64,000 nt of DNA from Hormiphora californensis (lineage: Eukaryota > Animalia > Ctenophora): assembly GCA_020137815.1 (NCBI GenBank), contig CM035351.1:3720001-3784000 (forward strand), read 5' to 3'. How positions within the stretch are numbered: the first letter of the stretch is position 1; the number at the start of each line of letters is the position of its first letter. This document shows positions 23,501-36,878 of the stretch, piece by piece. Position numbers and translations under genes: made by a program. Under the pieces are notes generated by a model. The model searched no databases, had not been told where the DNA came from, and was given only the letters and a program-made list of their open reading frames with translations.

Positions 23501-25992
23501 TAACCTAAACTTCGGGTGGCACGCGACTTTTGCACGTGCATGATCTAAGCGCTCCTACTAGACTAGCGTGCTAAGCTCATCAATGCTTCCCTGTTCCCAT
23601 AATACGTAATAGTACTGCTTGGCGGCGCCGACCCGATCTAAGTGATCAAAACGGGGTCTGGCGGCGCGAGACAGTGATATTATAGAGTGACTCATTTCCC
23701 TATCTCCGTTACCATGGTTACTAATTATCCCCTTATCTTCGTTACCAGGGTTACCGATGACGAGGAGAAGGAAGAGAAGCAGGAGCTCAAGAAATCCTAT
23801 CTCTACAGAAACAGTCTCTCTCCTCCCAAGAACAGAAAGCCAAAGAAAGCCAAGTAATCTCACGTCATTATTTAATTATAACTCCAGTCCCCAAAATTTA
23901 ATATTTGTTTGCTAACTTGTTATTTCAGGGTTCTTGACGAGTCTTTCTTTGCAACCCGTGGCAGAGTCCCTGGTATGGGGGCCCTTGTTGCCCCTGTTAG
24001 CATTGTTCATGGGGCGAGTGTTCAGGAGTATAGCCAGACTGGACCAGTTGATAAAATCACCGCCATCGTTAACCGAACCAAGATGGATGTGGTATGTGCT
24101 ACACACAGACAGACACACAAACAGATATAACTACAGGGCACATGGACAATAGTAATATTGGTATACACTGACACAACGGACACACTGACACAAAACAGTG
24201 ATTCTGGTGGGTAATCATCAATTTATCTACAGGGAGCACCTGCAGGAGGCCTTGAGAAGGCAATGAAGTTGGGTGTACAGAAGCCAGTAGTCCCGTTACC
24301 GACCAGCAACAGAGTCCCACCGGTTCTACCCTCTCCAACTACTGAGAAACCTACCAATAAAGTACTTGCTTTCGTGTACTGCATCTGCTGTTAACGCTAA
24401 CTTTATCTTAATGATCAATCAAATCTAAATCAGAAAATTAATCATACCTATAATAAATGTGTTTTATCCTTTAGCATTTTATAACTCCGCCCAATTTTAG
24501 GATGTATCCACCAAGAAAAAAGAGAAAACTACCTTGGTGAGCACGAGACGATCCCGGTCTAAGAGTGAGCGCCGGGGTGGAGACAAAAATAAGACCAGCT
24601 CGAGTAGGAGACGGAGACGGTCCTCCAGTTCATCCTCCTCCTCTTCATCCTCTAGTTCTAGTTCTTCCAGCTCTAGTTCTGGTGATGACAGGAGGAGAGG
24701 GCGTAAGAAGGGTAGCACCAGGTAAGGAGAGGGCGTAAGAAGGGCAGTACCAGGTGAGTGAGCTGGGTGAGTAGTTGACAGGTGCTTCGTTCTAAGCATT
24801 CTAGCGAGTCTTTATAAAGTGGTTCTCTAGAAGGAATACTAATTTTCTAAGCTCGCTCCACCTTGTCCAATGGTTTAAGAATGGTTTAAGAATCTTGTGG
24901 CGGAAAGTTAACCAGTCGTGTAATTCTAGAATCTGTCAAAATGAAACATCTTGAACTTATTAGACCTTTTCGGCAGAGAGAGAGAGAGAGAGAGAGCTCC
25001 AAGATACCCCTTTATTAAATTTCTTATAAAGCGTTTTGATAATTGATCTCTTCCTTCAGAACAAAGTCAGCACCTCAGAAACGAGATACACGAAAAGGAA
25101 GAAGCTCCAGCCGAACGAAGAAGCGATCTGACCGATCACGACGAAGATCCTCAAGTGGATCCGCAGAGCGGTAACACACAAAATATTTTATATTGGACAG
25201 GGAGATGACTTCTGTAATTTAGCTTAAATGAATATCATCCTTAGAGTTTAATAAGTTTAATAACTATCTGTTCCTTTGTTAGGAAACGGGCGACTACACG
25301 ACGAAGGATAACTGCAGGACGAGATAAGGCACGAGAGAGAAGCAAAGATAGAAGGAGCCGGAGCCGTGGTAGACGAAGTAGAAGCAGGGATCGGAAAAGT
25401 CCGGAAAACCGTCGTAACAACAACAATAGGTATAGATTATTGGGGGGGGGGGGGACGGCGGGGGGGGGGGGGTGCCACATTGTAGAATTATTCCCACAGT
25501 TGTTATCATGGTTTTGAAGGCAATCCATTCTCTTATTATAATAGTACGATTTCCCCTATTTCACTCTTAATCCATTTCCCCACCCACAAGAAGTGGTTTT
25601 CTTTATGACTTGCTAACATTTCCTCCCCTAGGTCTGAGAAAACGAAGAGGCCAATCAACAGAACCGACCTCAGAGATTCTACGAGGAGGCCCGTAGAACC
25701 AAAAGCAGGTATGGATCGTTATGATTATGTGATTTCTTACTCGGTAGATGACTTTAATCGAAAGTTATGATCTCTCTAGGAATGCGAAGTAAGTGGTCTG
25801 ATGAAGATTCTTATGAAAAGAAACCGAAACCCAAAAAGAAGAATGCAGATGATGCCGTGACTATTACTGATGGTAAGTTGAACTTACTAATCAAATGAAT
25901 AATTAGTTAATTGTTTCTTAACTCTCATCTTCGTTGCAGAAAAGAATGACGCCTTGTCTAGATACGAGAGCCCAAAGATTTCCTTCGCCTGA
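20529..25992 (+). CDS. PPIG: SR-rich nuclear cyclophilin (PPIG/NKTR-like peptidyl-prolyl isomerase), about 16 exons
   Basis: MKLPRCFF..., [63 protein letters not shown], then K/E/S-rich and RS-rich exons, ending ESPKISFA*. Confidence 0.88.
22643..22695. repeat. Perfect 26-bp palindrome with 1-nt loop in a cyclophilin intron
   Basis: actacttggaagttctataatgaaca-g-tgttcattatagaacttccaagtagt. Confidence 0.9.
23375..23561. mobile_element. Intronic MITE
   Basis: ctagtaggggcgcttagatcatgcacgtgcaaaagtcgcg ... cgcgacttttgcacgtgcatgatctaagcgctcctactag. Confidence 0.8.
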
Positions 25993-26324
25993 GGGGATCA
26001 GATAAGCAATATATCTGATCTGCAGATGACAGAGACACTTGTGTTGTTTAACCCCCCCCCCACCCCAAAAGAGAGCTATAAAATATATCCCAAAGACACT
26101 CCAAGTTTTAAACTTGTTTTAATTTAACTTCATTTCTTTCTACACAAAAGCCGTTGACATTTTAAATTGTCCATTATGCACCGGGCGCCCCCGAAACACA
26201 TTCAATTTTGGCAATTTTGGATAGTTCCACTTTTTACGTCATTTATCATTCACATATAGTACATCGCGATCAAGTATAAAAACCAAGTATTTAACAGCTT
26301 AGCTGATCTCTGTTCCTCAATTGT

Positions 26325-27674
26325 TCAAGTTTTGTTGGAACTTTTCTCGAGTGCTGCAATAATGCTGCCGGTTTCCAGGAGCGCTGGCAATCCACTGGCC
26401 GGTGGCTCTGTCTTGTTCTTTAGCTCTTCAACCCTCATAAACAACTTAACCACCCTCTGTTCCGTAATTAGGTCTTGTGTAGTCTGGCGGAGACTGGCTG
26501 ACTGGTTAGTCTCCGTCGCCATGGGGATATCTACGATGCTCTCTCGGTTCTTCCTTAGCATGGACCAGAAATCAGTCTTTGCGGAGGTATTCATCCTGTG
26601 TAGAGGTCGCGTTGGATGAGTCCCTGGTGGCCTCTTTTGCTCTCCCGTCGTAGATGAGCTGGAACTACTTGAAGAGTGGTCCGCTCTGGTACCAGCTGTG
26701 AAGGGTCTAAACACATCACCCTCTGATTCAGACTCAGATGAATCGGTATCCAGGGAAAGTTTGCTAAACTGATTGCTTATTCCTCGTGATTGGGTTGTTC
26801 CAGGTCGGTGAAATCCCCTCGTTAGGATTCCAGCTGGTGCTGATTTTATCCTGAAATTACACGGGTTTAGTCTGGTCTGGTTGTATTGTTCATACTATTA
26901 TTTTTTATATGGTCTGGTTATATGGTCTGGTTGTAATCTGGAAACCCCTGTGAGAACGGAGTACATACAAATCTAAACCCTGTTTGGATACGATTTGTAT
27001 GTACTTGAACGGACCGGTATGAACTACAGACCAACTAACAAATATTTCCCGCACATAAATAGTGTTGTGCATGGCATTTTGTCCATTTGAAAACACGGAA
27101 CATCAATGCGTATATAAGCAAAATCCCAGGCAAAACAAAAGTTACCTCTGTACGGCCTTGAGCTTGTTGAAAACTTTTCTCCGATGGTCACTATCAGAAG
27201 AGTTGTGGCGTTCTGCTCTTTTCTGGAGGACGTTCGCTGTTTTGTAGTCCATTATGAATCCCATGGCCTCCTTGTACCTGTGGTATGAGGCAATGGTAAG
27301 GGTTACTGTCAGGCTGAAAGAAATAAGAATATGGTCATTGGTCAGCCAATGCTCTGACATTAGGATCATTAATAAACATGTCATGTAGTTTTGACTCAAC
27401 AGATACTAGCCACAACATACCGTCTATCAAGATGATGCATGTCCTTATCCCCGTCTCTTGGGTTCATTGTTTTAATGAACTCTTTCTCTCTGTTGATAGA
27501 CACCTGGGCCCTCTTGTTCTGGTTGCTCAGGTAGGTTAACCTCCTCTCCAGCATCTTCTCCTCCTTCCGGTTGCTAAACCGGGCACCCCGCCTCGAGTCG
27601 TCCAGCTCCCGGAGTCGGACTCCGGTAACACGTTGATCCACGACGATCCCGTGGGACGACATATGCTGAGACAT
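26325..27674 (-). CDS. Three-exon gene of unknown function (27674-27421, 27277-27146, 26850-26325), convergent with the cyclophilin
   Basis: Open exons with GT-AG ends: MSQHMSSHG...; YKEAMGFIMD...; ...LEKSSNKT*. Confidence 0.7.
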
Positions 27675-28819
27675 TGAGGAGTCAAGAAACAGAACAAGGC
27701 AATGGTAATGTGCTGTTTTTCAGTTTATATACCAGCTCAACCAGCGGTAATATATCTTTCAGCTTTGTTTTATTTGTCATTCAAAAAGCAGGATGCGGAT
27801 TAAAGTAGCAAGTGCAACAAGTAGAAAATCCAGCAAGTAGCACACAGACACATATGATATGTAGCAAACACTCAATTAGGTATTGAAGCAGATCACATCT
27901 ATGACGTTATTGTTGTTTGCTGCTACTACAGACACGGCTGATGATATGATCACAGAAACTGCGTGGGGGCCTCAATCAAGCTGTGTGCACGAAACAATAA
28001 CACGCTGATCAGGGGTGTACGGTAAATTGTGTGCTCTAACTGCGCCGAGAGTATATGAGATCAGAATACTGATCAGCAGCTTGTAACAGCCGAGACCTGG
28101 ACTTAGATTTGGTAACGAAGTTACCCCTCCCTTGCCGGCGCGCAAAGCGCACCAAACGAAGGCCGCGATGCGGCCTGAGTTAGGGGTAACAAACCCGCTT
28201 TGATTCACTTCAAAAATTAATAGCTCCTCAACCACTCAATGAAAATGCACCAAATTTTGGTATTCCCCACCAAATTGTCTGAAAATTATAATTCTGTACT
28301 CATATTTGAAAAATTATCCCCGGAACCTTGGTTTTGAAATCAGTTTTAGGTGTTAATGATGAAAAAATTTTTGAAAAAGTAGGTCAGGTATGCTTAACAT
28401 CATATTAAAGATCGTGGCAAAGTTTGAAGTTTCTATCTTCAAAGGTCTGGCCATCAAAATTAAAAAGGTCTTGAAGTTGAACCATTTGTACCAAACATGT
28501 TGTAACTCAGCTTCTACTTTGCCAAATTAAACCTGGTTTGAAACACTGAACTGCTAATCTATCCCTCCGAATACGGACGAAGTTTGAAACCGCCAGCTCT
28601 ATTGGCCGCTCTGCAATACTTGTTTGTGTCAAAGAAATCAGGAAAGTAACGAGATTTGGTCTCGGTGTGGCCCTGTGCGCGGCTCAAACCCCTTAGGCTA
28701 GAACTATGTAGTGTAGACTACAACTTTTCAGTGCTCAGTATGACGGTTTGGGCGCGTTATGGAAATATGGTAAGCGGATCCGATACCTCTAAACAGAGTG
28801 TGAGGTGTCTTCGATACCA

Positions 28820-28990
28820 AGACTTAGATGTATCTAAACTTGGACAGACCTAGACTTGGACAGACCTAGACTTGGACAGACCTAGACTTGGACAGATTTA
28901 GATTTGGACAGATCTAGACAGCGACTTTGACAGATCTTGGAAAGGTGTAGGACAGATCTAGGATATATCTAGGACAAATTATAGACAGGT
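28820..28990. repeat. 15-bp tandem repeat (AGACTTGGACAGACCT-like), degenerating
   Basis: Visible tandem units. Confidence 0.8.
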
Positions 28991-30507
28991 CTGAGTTAGC
29001 CGGCTCCGGAGTCCGGGTCTCGGTTCTTAAAATGCCCAGCACAATTTCAGGTCGAAAAACATTTCCACAGAACTCACTAGCCACTCACTAACCACTATGC
29101 AGAAAAAAGCATAAAAAATTACCAGCACAATTAACTGCTTCAAAATTTCAAACATTTCCACGGATCTCACTAGCCACTATGCAAAATATCTAAAGCTGGA
29201 AGTTATCTCTAGCGCAACAGGAGGAGCTCAAGAACATAATGCGGTACCAGCGTTCTACACACACACGATGATGGTGGAGGGGTAGTGGTAGCACGTATTC
29301 GCACGTTTCGCTGTTCGCGTGCAGTTTGCGGTAAAACACACACACACACACACACACACAAGCACACAGAGTCCTTCGTGTAGTGTTCCACACAGAAAGT
29401 TTAGTAATTGGGGGCGCCTGGTTCGGAAACTGAGAAACTGAGTCATGTTGAAGTATCACATGAACTTGTTTAAGAAACGGGAAAGGAACTGTGATCAGAG
29501 GCACGTGTAACTGAGTCTCTTTCATTTCACCTTGCTACTCCCTAAAACTCTCATTGGCAAGCATGTTTTAACGATGTAAACTCTGTATTTGAGTTCTTCT
29601 TCCCCCCTGGCACACGCATTACACGTGATGATTGTATGGATATATAGATCTCCCTTTCTCCCTCTCTCCTCAGTCGTCTCTCTATCTCCCTCACTATCCC
29701 TTCAGTTCTCTCTTGCTCTCTGGAAGCTTCACCACAGCACAGTTACACGGACAGAACAGTTTTTAAAGGCCAAATGGTCGAACTAGAACTGCAAGTGGGA
29801 AATTCTGGAAACTGAATATATGTATGATTCTTCTTCTGGGAGAACATCTTGCATGATTGATAACAATGGGCCTGTGTTGAAACAAAACACAATAGAAAAC
29901 GGATAGAAATAGAGAGAGTTTGACAAAAAGTGAATGGGCGAGACACTGAATAAATGCAAGAGATAATAATAAAGAAAGAGAATAAAAATCAATCGTGGGA
30001 AAAGCAAAAATGTGCAACGAAAACTTTAAAATTCAATGTGAGACTGAAAAACATCTGGCTTGTCCACTTGTTTATGGGAGAAGGAAAAAGGGACTGACAT
30101 TATGTGCAGGCCAGAAAGACTCTGAATGAACAGACAACTTAACATTCTTCTTTTCTCCCGCAGATTGTACTCCTGGTGACCACGGAAATATTGGACCCCA
30201 TAACATACTCTGGTACTGATACTGGATACTGGGATCAATTACTACCCCGGCCCGTGTTGGAACTACAACTCCTGCCAAAAAGGTAATTGATGTCCATTGT
30301 ATATACAATTTGTATTATTGTTTCTAAATGTTGGGTCCCGCATGACAGGGTCTCTATCCTATCCCGGATTCCAAACCATTACCATGTGGTTGGCTCGGGC
30401 CACTCTCTGGTTGGCTCGAGTTAATCGTATACTAACTAAAGCAGGGTATATAACCTATAAACCACTGGCACGTTATAGGTTTAAACCCCTCCGCCTCGAG
30501 TATTTTA

Positions 30508-31748
30508 CTAGCGCACCCATTGGGTGCGCCTCAAGTAAGGACTTTTTGATAACCCACCCGGCTTCGCCGGGTGGTTCTTTTCGCCCTTTCAACGTCAATA
30601 ACACGGTTGCCATGGCAACTGAATTGGTAACTATGGGGACTGGCCTGTTAAAAGTCATTCAAAATGTTAAGAAACTTCCACTGGAACTTCAGAAAGTGTC
30701 AATAACAGCTTTACAGCTTTAGTCACATAAAGTATTTTATGAAGGAGCACTGTCGCTTAGATACCGCCTAACGAACGACCATCACGACGTTCATCTCCAA
30801 ATTATAATAGAGACTAGCGCACCCATTGGGTGCGCCTCAAGTAAGGGCTTTTTGATAACCCACCCGGCTTCGCCGGGCGGTTCTTTTCGCCTCTTTCAAC
30901 GTCAATAACACGGTTGCCATGGCAACTGAATTGGTAACTATGGGGACTGGCATGTTAAAAGTCATTCAAAATATTAATAAACTTCCACTGGAAGTTCCAA
31001 AACTGTGAGTAACAGCTTTACAGCTTTGGGCACATAAACTGTTTTATGAAGGAGCAGCCTGTCGCGTAGATACCGCTGAACGAACGGCCATCACGACGTC
31101 GTTCATCTCCAAATTATAATAGAGACTAGCGCACCCATTGGGTGCGCCTCAAGTAAGGGCTTTTTGATAACCCACCCGGCTTCGCCGGGTGGTTCTTTTC
31201 GCCCCTTTCCACGTCAATAACACGGTTGCCATGGCAACTGAATTGGTAGCTATCGGGACTGGCATGTTGAAAGTCATTCGAAAATATTAACAAACTTCCA
31301 CTGGAAGTTCCAAAAGTGTAAATGGCAGCTTTACAGCTTTGGGTACATGAAATGTTTTATGAAGGAGCAGTCTGTCGCTTAGATACCGCCTAACGAACGG
31401 CCACTTCGACGCGACATCTCCAAATTATAATAGAGACTAGCGCACCCATTGGGTGCGCCTCAAGTAAGAGCTTTTTGATTACCCACCCGGCTTCGCCGGT
31501 TGGTTCTTTTCGCCCTTTCAACGTCAATAACACGGTTGCCATGGCAACTGGAGTGGTAACTATGGGGACTGAATTATTGAAATTCATTCGAAAATATTAA
31601 CAAACTTCCACTGGAAGTTCCAAAAGTGTGAACAGCAGCTTTACAGCTTTGGTCATATGAAGTGTTTTATGAAGGAGCAGCCTGTCGCTTAGATACCGCC
31701 TAACGAACGGCCATCACTTCGACGTTCATCTCCAAATTATAATATAGA
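30508..31748 (-). mobile_element. Four head-to-tail copies of a non-autonomous Helitron (about 310 bp each)
   Basis: On the minus strand each unit starts TC(T/A)TATTATAA-like and ends hairpin + CTAG. Junctions read CTAG|TC at 30814, 31126 and 31437. The array sits between host A and T. Confidence 0.85.
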
Positions 31749-31959
31749 TTGTGTGTGTGTGTGTGTGGCTCTAGGTTATAGCGTACCAAACTCTGCCGCA
31801 CGACAGAACGGTGTTGCAACCTGTCATAAAGTCTGTGGTCTGTATGAAAGATAGTAGCTAAAATATCACGCTCAAAATTACACCAAAATCAAACAAAATT
31901 TCTCTGATATTCTAACTGTTTGTGGTCTGTATTCGGGCACTCTCACGCAAGCTTTATGT

Positions 31960-32130
31960 CCTGTCAGCTTCTGAGTCTGGAACAAGGTAACGTTTTGCCT
32001 TTGAGAGAGTCTTGAGTTTGGTTTAGTCTGGATCAAGGTAACGTTTTGCCTTTGAGAGTGTCTTGAGTTTAGTTTGGTCTGGAACAAGGTAACGTTTTGC
32101 CTTTGAGAATTTCTTGAGTTTGGGTCTGGA
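31960..32130. repeat. About 51-bp tandem repeat x3
   Basis: gtctggaacaaggtaacgttttgcctttgaga repeated. Confidence 0.8.
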
Positions 32131-33433
32131 ATCCCGATGTTTACCGTGTTTTGAATAGTAAATTACATTCACAATATAAACTTTACACAATCTGTGAACA
32201 GACAATACGGACAGGTGAACTTACAGAATTTTGATGGATGATTGGTACCGTGATGTTGTTGATGATGAGATGAGAGGTATATGCATTTCCAGTGGATCGG
32301 AGATGAAGATAAACAAAAACGATTGAACACAGATAAGGGGTAGGACTGAATGTAGCACCAATATACTGTAAAATGTTCTAGAATACTATGCGGATGGGAC
32401 AGATAAGAACATTTGTTAGTTGTTACACGCGATAAGCGACTTAGTGCACCAAAACACAAGGATTGTCTCTGTAGTGTGGTGTATAGCAATGTCCGCTATA
32501 TTGGGAGAGGTGGGTGGGGGAGGGCGGGTGGGGGTGGGGCGGTGGGTAATATTGGCCAAGAATGTAGCTGTAATTTAGTGATGAGACTAGGCCAGGCCCG
32601 AGAGACAGTTCAGTGGTAACTGGGAGTTCATGTGTGCTAGAAATGGGTATTTGAGACGGATTTAAGTTGCATTTTAGTGAGAGGAAGAGCCCTTATTGGT
32701 GTCTGAGACAAGCAAAAGTGAAACGAACTGCAACGTAACGAACGAGTAATTGTATTATTGTTTCTAAATGTTGGGTCCCGCATGACAGGGTCTCTATCCT
32801 ATCCCGGATTCCAAACCATTACCATGTGGTTGGCTCGGGCCACTCTCTGGTTGGCTCGAGTTAATCGTATACGGCATTAGGCACGTCGTTAGCTGCGAAG
32901 CAGCCCCTCCGCAGGGTGTGAGGGTTTCGCGAAAAATCGTGTGCGAAAAAAGAGGGCGCGACGTGCCAATGGCACGTCGCGCCCCCTGTGAGTGCGCCAG
33001 AAAGGGCGATCCCCCACGATCCCCCTACGCAACCAATATAAGGCAGGGAGTTCAACCCACACAGTCATTGGCCTTGCAGCTGTCAGAGCATTGACCTTAC
33101 CCTATTATTATTTTGTGCGATAACAGCGGTATAGTTAGTTATTACTTTTTGTGCCCATTGCATTATGTGTGCTGCGGTTAGTTTTTGATAGGATAATTAG
33201 CTCGGAGAGGAGAATAATTCGTTAAATAATGTGCTCGAGCATTTCTAGGAATTTTTTGAGAAACTTGTTCTTGTGCCGGGGTATCCTAATATATAAGAAG
33301 CCACAAAACATCTGTCTAGCATTCGCTATACAAGGGTCAACCTGAAGTTTGATAGTAAACTGTATCCAAGCTGTGATAATCCCAACCGGTGCAGACCCCC
33401 CTCTGTGACTCTCTCTTGCTTTCTCTCTCTCTT

Positions 33434-33591
<158 letters not shown>

Positions 33592-33723
33592 CGGTCTACC
33601 ATACACCATGTTTACACGTGAGAGAGTGTGTCTACGCTCCAGTTCATTCTGCATGCCATTAATTAATCTGCTTGTCACGTGAGAGTAGCTGTAAAGGTGG
33701 CGTAGTAGAGGCCAGTAGGGGGT

Positions 33724-33796
<73 letters not shown>

Positions 33797-34088
33797 AGGG
33801 GATACTAATGATATGATGAGCTCTCAGTTAATCTCATCTTGTCTCACTGTGGTGAAGATATGGAATGAATAATATTGTAGGGCGTTCAAGCGAGTAAACA
33901 TAACACATGCATACAGAACTCCAGTAAGAAGCTTTTCTAAAAGAATTTATATGACAATTATAAGAGTACCATTAGCCATTAAAACGTTCCGTTTTGAACT
34001 TTCACATGTCAGGCAATAGTTCATAAATTCGAGATTTCAACCAAATTCATCAGCGGTTCACATTATTAATCTCGATTTGAACAGACAA

Positions 34089-34355
34089 TTATAAAGGAGT
34101 CATCATCATAACTTCAGCATATGAATATTGTTCTTCATCACTAAAGGTACGGTTCCGTTGAGCGTCCCACCTCTTCGTCTCCCACCTCTCCCGTCTATAT
34201 GGCTCTTCCTCTGGATCCCTCTTAGTGGGGGTTCTTGCAATAAGAAGAAATACGAACAGCACGGTAGCAAATAGTCCACCGTACAACTTGTAAACCCAGT
34301 GTCCTATCACCCAGTGATACTCTTCGGGGCACTCCTCCGCACCTCGACACGGCAT
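34089..34355 (-). CDS. Small single-pass membrane protein 1 (about 88 aa from MPCRGAEEC; start uncertain)
   Basis: GHWVYKLYGGLFATVLFVFLLIAR hydrophobic helix followed by a charged tail. The upstream part of the tracked ORF contains splice signals. Confidence 0.6.
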   Translation of the reverse strand: MPCRGAEECPEEYHWVIGHWVYKLYGGLFATVLFVFLLIARTPTKRDPEEEPYRRERWETKRWDAQRNRTFSDEEQYSYAEVMMMTPL

Positions 34356-34774
34356 TACTTGGTAGACCAAGATATTTCGAACAGGGGAAGTGTTTTTAAC
34401 AGGCCCCTCTGTCACCAAGACACGACTCACGAGGTGTGGATTAGGTTTTACGGGAGTGGCTGGGTTGACTGCTGTAACAAATGAGAATAATAAAGTGGGT
34501 TCTGTGCTGTGGTGTACTGTTACCATACAGATAAGAATAACGGCAGTAGCACCTTGTAATGAACTCGTGGTTTCCTTTGAGCTTCACTGGTACTTTATTC
34601 ATTCAGAACAGTTTAGCAGGGGGTTGTAAATAAATAGGTCTACTAAATACACATAGCAATCAATTCTCTTCAAAATATTGTCAAAGTTGTGTCCATAATT
34701 TCTACCTGTATAGTCCAATAGTTCCATCATAATCACTTGTTGGGTGGAGTTCTCAACAAATATTCACTTGATTG

Positions 34775-34883
34775 TAGGAACCGACCGAAACAAGTAAATA
34801 ACCAATCAGAACTCGTTATTTAGGTCACGTGACTGGTTATCAGCCAATCAGGGACCAGTATTTCCTGATTCGGTCGATTCCTG
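34775..34883. mobile_element. 109-bp hAT-type MITE with 8-bp TSD
   Basis: TIR taggaaccgaccgaa / ttcggtcgattcctg; TSD CTTGATTG (34767-34774 / 34884-34891). Confidence 0.85.
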
Positions 34884-34910
34884 CTTGATTGGGAATCACT
34901 AGATTGAACT

Positions 34911-35324
34911 TCATTTACCAATTTCAACATTACTCCAAACTTCACTACCCTGTTCCTTCTCATTATCCTCGACTGCGGCAGGATTTTCCATCACCGTACT
35001 AAGCTCGTTCAACCTCACTCGACTTCCAGTTCCATTCACCGCGGGGTCATCCTTCCCAAACCTAAAATCTCGAACACTCAATTTAGGCACAAAGAGTCCC
35101 TCCATACCCCTGTTAAAAGTATCCTTCCTGGCTGGGGCCCGTTCTCTTCGCGTGACTCTCCTTGGTTTCACATTCTTGTGCTCCTCTTCCTCGGGCCTAC
35201 TGGCGATGTACACGAAGGCGAAGATAATTCCAAAGTACAGGCCACCGAAAACAAAGAAAATGGGGTGGGTAATAACTTTTCGGTAGAAAGCATATTCCAC
35301 GGGATCGTCAACGTTCAAGCCCAT
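34911..35324 (-). CDS. Small single-pass membrane protein 2 (about 137 aa from MGLNVDDP)
   Basis: THPIFFVFGGLYFGIIFAFVYIASR helix, charged tail. Confidence 0.65.
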   Translation of the reverse strand: MGLNVDDPVEYAFYRKVITHPIFFVFGGLYFGIIFAFVYIASRPEEEEHKNVKPRRVTRRERAPARKDTFNRGMEGLFVPKLSVRDFRFGKDDPAVNGTGSRVRLNELSTVMENPAAVEDNEKEQGSEVWSNVEIGK

Positions 35325-35570
35325 GTTACCCACAAAACACAAAATAAGGAATATAGAATGGGTGTTTTCACTTGAGACCATGATGCGATATATATATATA
35401 GTCCTGCATGGTTGGTCTTGATCAATATAAAACATTTTCACAGCACCTTGTGAACTTGTTATAGTGTGAAACAGTTTCATTGTTTTGAGGGGAAACAGTG
35501 TTTCAGAGAGAGCATCTGCAAGTTCACTAAAGGACAGTGAAAGATACTGTTATTCCACATAAAGGATATC

Positions 35571-35909
35571 CTACACCGACATGGACATTTCCTGAGCATT
35601 TCCAAACTTGATTTCGTTGCTGAAGATCCCATCAAATTGTTTGTTAATTTTATCTCGCGGGGTGTTCAATTTAGTCCTCAGCCGGGGTGGCGGTCTGGTT
35701 TTCTCGCCCGGTTTTTTCTGCTTCTTTTTCTTCTTTTTCCCGTCCCGTCCCGTCAGATAAATCCCCACAAAGACAAGGACAATGAGAATCAGGAGTACCC
35801 AGTACACCCAATGCCTCAGGAATTTCTTTCTCTCCTCCAAGTCTAAGCTGGTCGTGGGTGGTGGGTCGGTGGTGTTACTAATCTCAATCTCGTCCATTAT
35901 CGTTGACAT
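35571..35909 (-). CDS. Small single-pass membrane protein 3 (about 112 aa from MSTIMDE)
   Basis: RHWVYWVLLILIVLVFVGIYLTGR helix, poly-K juxtamembrane segment, acceptor tttctag 7 nt before ATG. Confidence 0.65.
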   Translation of the reverse strand: MSTIMDEIEISNTTDPPPTTSLDLEERKKFLRHWVYWVLLILIVLVFVGIYLTGRDGKKKKKKQKKPGEKTRPPPRLRTKLNTPRDKINKQFDGIFSNEIKFGNAQEMSMSV

Positions 35910-36812
35910 GACAGTTCTAGAAATATGGAGATAAGAGGTGGGATTAATGATATTATTTCTAGACGCTGGGAACTGAGCCTTCTTGTGGTTATGGTTAGCC
36001 AACCATAAGATGGGAGATAAATATTTAATGGGAGTTGGGATTTTTAAAGGGAGAATGTTCAGTTAAATGATTCTTCTGCAGAGGTTTTAGATAAGCGAAA
36101 TCATTTTACAGGGTGAGGGGTTGGATAAAACTTGACTTTGAGAAAGTGTCAAATTAAGTCTGGGATGATTGGTAGTCAAGAGTTGTCCCCACGAATTTCT
36201 TAGTCAAGTAATATTGCTGCCATAGTACTATTATAAGGGCGAGGGTAAGTACAATGTACTTAGTACATGAGCTGAACCTAAGGGACAGGTCGCGGGGGAG
36301 CTGTCAGAGCATTGGCCTGACCCATTCTCGTTTCTCTCAGCGGGGGAGAGAGAATGTTGGTTAGTTATGTAGCACAATTTTCAGGATTTGGGAAGTTCTT
36401 GGTGCAGGGCCCCAGGATCAGTATTCATCAAACTGCTACTGGTGATTGTGACGGGCAGCTGATACGAGCTACAAAGAAATATAAAGAGCTGGCGAGCAAA
36501 GAGTTTTTAGAGATAATTATGGCACTGGGTGTAGTGTTTACCAAAACGAACAACACACTGGGGACCGAGCTAGCGTGTGTACTGTGTATCTATATGACAG
36601 AGGAAGAGAGGGAAGAGCGAGAGAGTGTTAAGAGAGAGTGATGAGAGAAACAGAGAGAGAGGAAAAAAAGAAGAGAACGCTGCCGTAAGGTTGATATATG
36701 TGGGTGTCAGATTACACATAATAAACTCTCTTTTTCTCCCCTCTCATCCAGTTATTCCTTTTCTCATTCTCTCTCGACTCCCCGGCCATTCTCTCCCTTC
36801 TACTCTCCCTCT

Positions 36813-36878
<66 letters not shown>

